From assembly GCF_963921235.1 (NCBI RefSeq), contig NC_086097.1, positions 28,398,001-28,462,000 on the forward strand: a stretch of DNA of 64,000 bases, in the 5' to 3' direction. The notes under the pieces are model-generated. The model was given only the letters and a program-made list of their open reading frames with translations, was not told where the DNA came from and made no database searches. A program made the translations under genes and the position numbers. Numbering within the stretch: position 1 is the first letter of the stretch; each line of letters opens with the position of its first letter. Of this stretch, positions 60,875 to 64,000 are shown piece by piece. The stretch is from Mobula hypostoma. Lineage: Eukaryota.

Positions 60875-61566
60875 GAGCGATCTGGTGCTTTGTTGTCTCC
60901 AAGGGTGTTTCAAGGGAAGAGTGTGTCCTCAAGGCCAAGAAGCCTGCGGGTGGGGCGCGAGTCCATGATGGACTCCATTTCTCACTGATCTCGCTGACTA
61001 AAGCGCCAGGGATGATTGAAATCATTCAGACGAGAGCAGAAGGTGAGTGGGTGCTCTACCAGCCTCTTGCTCACTACTCCCTGGGGAAGGCGTCTGCATG
61101 TGATGGTCTCTCTCCCTCTCGCTCACTGCTCCCAAAAGAAGGTCCCTGTTTTCGAATGGTCTCTCTCTCCCTCAATGCTGCCGGAGACCTGGTTCCAAGG
61201 CCAGGTTTAATTGACACAGTTTGTGGGTTGGACTCTGGAGCTCATGTTGTGATGTGTTTCTGCTCGCTCCTTTTTTGTTGCTCTTTTGGGTGATCTTGAA
61301 TTGGGACGGCCTGCAAATAACGAACACTGAGCTGAATTGAATATGCCTGGACACTTTTGACTTTGTGTTTTATATCCTGTGTTTCTCGCTCATTTTTTTT
61401 TATTGCTATTTGTGTGATTTGTCTTTTTTACATGTGGGAGGGGGAAGGTTGATGTGTATTTTTTGAATGGCTTTCTTTGTTTTGTGGCTGCCTGTGGAGA
61501 AGACAAATCTCAGAGTTGTATACTGCACACATACTTTAATATTTAAATATATTTTGAATCTTTGAG
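60875..61566 (+). mobile_element. ~690-bp non-coding retroposon with a LINE-like 3' end
   Basis: 3' end gcctgtggagaagacaaatctcagagttgtatac...ttttgaatctttga is shared with the tails at 12140-12235, 41440-41520 and 44700-44780. Confidence 0.55.
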
Positions 61567-61614
61567 TTTATAAAAGATAATGATTAGCTTTATTTGTCAT
61601 AGTTATAGAACACT

Positions 61615-62200
61615 GTGGCATAGAAAGTCCCTTTGGCCCATCTAGTCTGTGCTGCTCTATTATCCTGCCTTGTCCCATCAGCTTGCACCGACCATTGCCC
61701 TCCACGCTCCTCCCATCCACGTACCTATCCAAACTTGCCTTACGTGTTGAAATCAAACCCGCATCCACCAATTCTGCTGGCTGCTCGTCCTATATTCCCA
61801 CCATCCTGAGTGAGGAAGTTCTCCCTCATGTTACCCTTAATCATTTCGCTTTTCACACTTAACCCATGATCTCTAATTCTACCCTCACACAACCTCAGTG
61901 GAAAAGCCCACCTGCATTTACCCTATCTGTACCCCTCATAGTTTTGTATATCTCTATCAAATCTCGCTTCATTCTCCCACACTCCAGGGAATAAAGTCCT
62001 AACTTATTTAACCTTTCCTGAGAACTCAGGTCCTCTAGTCCAGGTAACACCCTTGTAAATTTTTGCTGCACTTGCAATCTTATTGACATCTTTCCTGTAG
62101 GTAGGTGATCGGAACTGCACACAATACCCCAAATTAGCCTCACCAATGTCTTGTACAACTCCAGCATACCATCCCAACTCCTGTGCTTAATACCTTGATC
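61615..62200 (-). mobile_element. CR1 3' fragment
   Basis: SWDGMLELYKTLVRL...LGLYSLECGRMKRDLIEIYK. Confidence 0.85.
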
Positions 62201-62389
62201 TACGAAGGTCACATGTATATATACATCAAAGCATACAGTGAAATGCGTCATTCGTATCAAACCAAATCAGCGAGAATTGTGCTGCGGGCAGCCCGCATAT
62301 GTCAGCATGCTTGCAGCACCAACACAGAATGGCCTACAACTTACTAACCTACACATCTTTTAGCGTGTGGGAGGGAACCTACATGGCTG

Positions 62390-62698
62390 AGAGTGCAGTT
62401 AGTACAATCTTTACAATGGCAGCTGTAAGATCGAGGTTCAAGTCCTACTGCTGTTTATAAGGAGTTTGCACGTTCTCCCTATCATCACATGGGTTTCTCC
62501 CAGGCACTCCAGTTCCCTCCCACATTCCAAAGGCATATGGGTTAGGGTTATGGTCATGCTGTGTTGGGATCGGAAGCACGACAACACTTGTGGGCTGCCC
62601 CCAGCAGAGATTTAGGTGGTGTTGGCTGTTGATGCAAGAGATACATTTCACTGCATGCTTCGATGTACATGTGGCAAATAAAACTAATCTTTATCTTT
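62390..62698 (+). mobile_element. tRNA-SINE nested in an inverted SINE (62205-62750)
   Basis: ggttcaagtcc B box, taaggagtttgcacg core, aataaaactaatctttatcttt tail. Confidence 0.72.
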
Positions 62699-62964
62699 AA
62701 CGTACAAACTCCCTGCAAGCAACGTTAGGCTAACCACCATGCTAATGTGCCCACTTACTGCTGAGGTGTCAAGTTGCTTATAAGCAAAATACTCATGGTT
62801 GGACAGAAAAGATATTTAAACCACTGTTCTGAGGATCAACTCTGAAAAATAAGGAGATAGATTTTCCAATTAATAATGAAGACAAGAACAGAGTAAACCT
62901 GAAGCAATGTGACTTCACCGATGACCTTTCGAGGAACCATGCAATGAATAACTTAATCCCAGGG

Positions 62965-63635
62965 GGTGCAGATCTCGGACAATCTCACCTGTCCAGGAAC
63001 ACCACTGGGATTGTGAAACGGGCCCAACAGAGATTGCACTTTCTGAGGAAGCTTAAACAAGCATCACTCCCCACTAACATCTTAGCTACATTCTACAGAG
63101 GTGTGGTTGAGAGTGTGCTGACCTTTTGCATCACAGCCTGGCACTCCAGCTGCAGTGCTGTCGACAAAAAAGCCTTGCAGAGGGTGGTTAGGGGAGCAGA
63201 GAAGGTTATTGGGGTCTCCCTACCTTCTGTCCAAGACCTCTTTCAGAGTCGATGCCTCCAGAAGACACGGTACATCGTTAAAGACCCCTCACATCCTCTC
63301 CATGAACTGTTTGTTCTTCTGCCATCAGGAAAACGTTACAGGAGCTTCAAAACTAAAACCACAAGGCTACTAAACAGCTTCCTCCCACAGGCAGTCAGAC
63401 TGCTAAATAGCTGCTCTAACTGATTCTGCTTTTAGACACTTTCAACTCATACTGGACACTTATAACTCGATTTTAACTGACATGTGGCTGTTGTGTTTTA
63501 CTATCTATTTATTGTTATACTTAGAGTTGTGTTTGTTATCTTATTGCTCCTGGGAAACGCTGTCTCATTCTGCCCTGCAGAGCTGATGTACGGTTAGAAT
63601 GACAATAAAGTTTTCTGAATCTTGAATCTTGAATG
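62965..63635 (+). mobile_element. Rex1/Babar LINE 3' end, relatively intact
   Basis: ORF 62944-63423 KRAQQRLHFLRKL...FYRGVVESVLTF...KDPSHPLH...LPSGKRYRS...SFLPQAVRLLN; tail gacaataaagttttctgaatcttgaatcttgaat. Confidence 0.92.
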
Positions 63636-64000
63636 ATTTCAAATTTTATTGCAAAGAATTAAATGTTAGCTGAAAAAGTAACATCTTCAAATTAAACTCC
63701 AATTTGATCTTGGAGTCCAGTCATTATTAACAAAATTAATTACATCATAGCCCATCTTCCTGACCTTATCTACAAAAGGAAATGTACAACAAAAAGGCAA
63801 TTTCTTTTTCCTCAAAGGGCATCAAACGCATGAGATACAAGGAGACTCATTCAATTTCTGCAACCCTCCTCCACCCCACCCAATCAGCAGTGATACCTCT
63901 GAAACTGAACTATGTTGGAAATTATCAATAGTAGAATTTATTTTCTCTGTTGCTCTTCCAGCATGCCCATGGGGACCCCAAATTTGGATCTCATGTAAAG

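Overview
This window is repeat-saturated eukaryotic DNA, intronic or intergenic, and I found no host gene I can recognise. The mix of CR1, Rex1/Babar, RTE and Penelope retroposons, tRNA-SINEs and Gypsy LTR elements suggests a cartilaginous fish, probably a ray or shark (inference). Main elements: (1) a full-length degenerate RTE LINE (~2970-7045) with a self-complementary 5' UTR; (2) a nest of CR1, Penelope and other retroposons at 12505-20365; (3) a young 4.87-kb Gmr1-like LTR retrotransposon (26375-31243) with 879-bp LTRs, CATG TSD, tRNA-Pro PBS and PPT, whose gag-PR-IN-RT-RH polyprotein has lost the IN, RT and RNase H cores but stays almost in frame; (4) an old Gypsy element, probably Mag clade (34360-40369), carrying a nested hAT/Buster-type transposon; (5) seven Penelope-associated minimal hammerhead ribozyme motifs, two intact, one of them a 111-bp TSD-flanked mini-insertion; (6) non-tRNA ~0.5-0.7 kb retroposon families, one of which appears to share the Rex1 3' end. 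Boundaries of old fragments are approximate, and no database searches were run.
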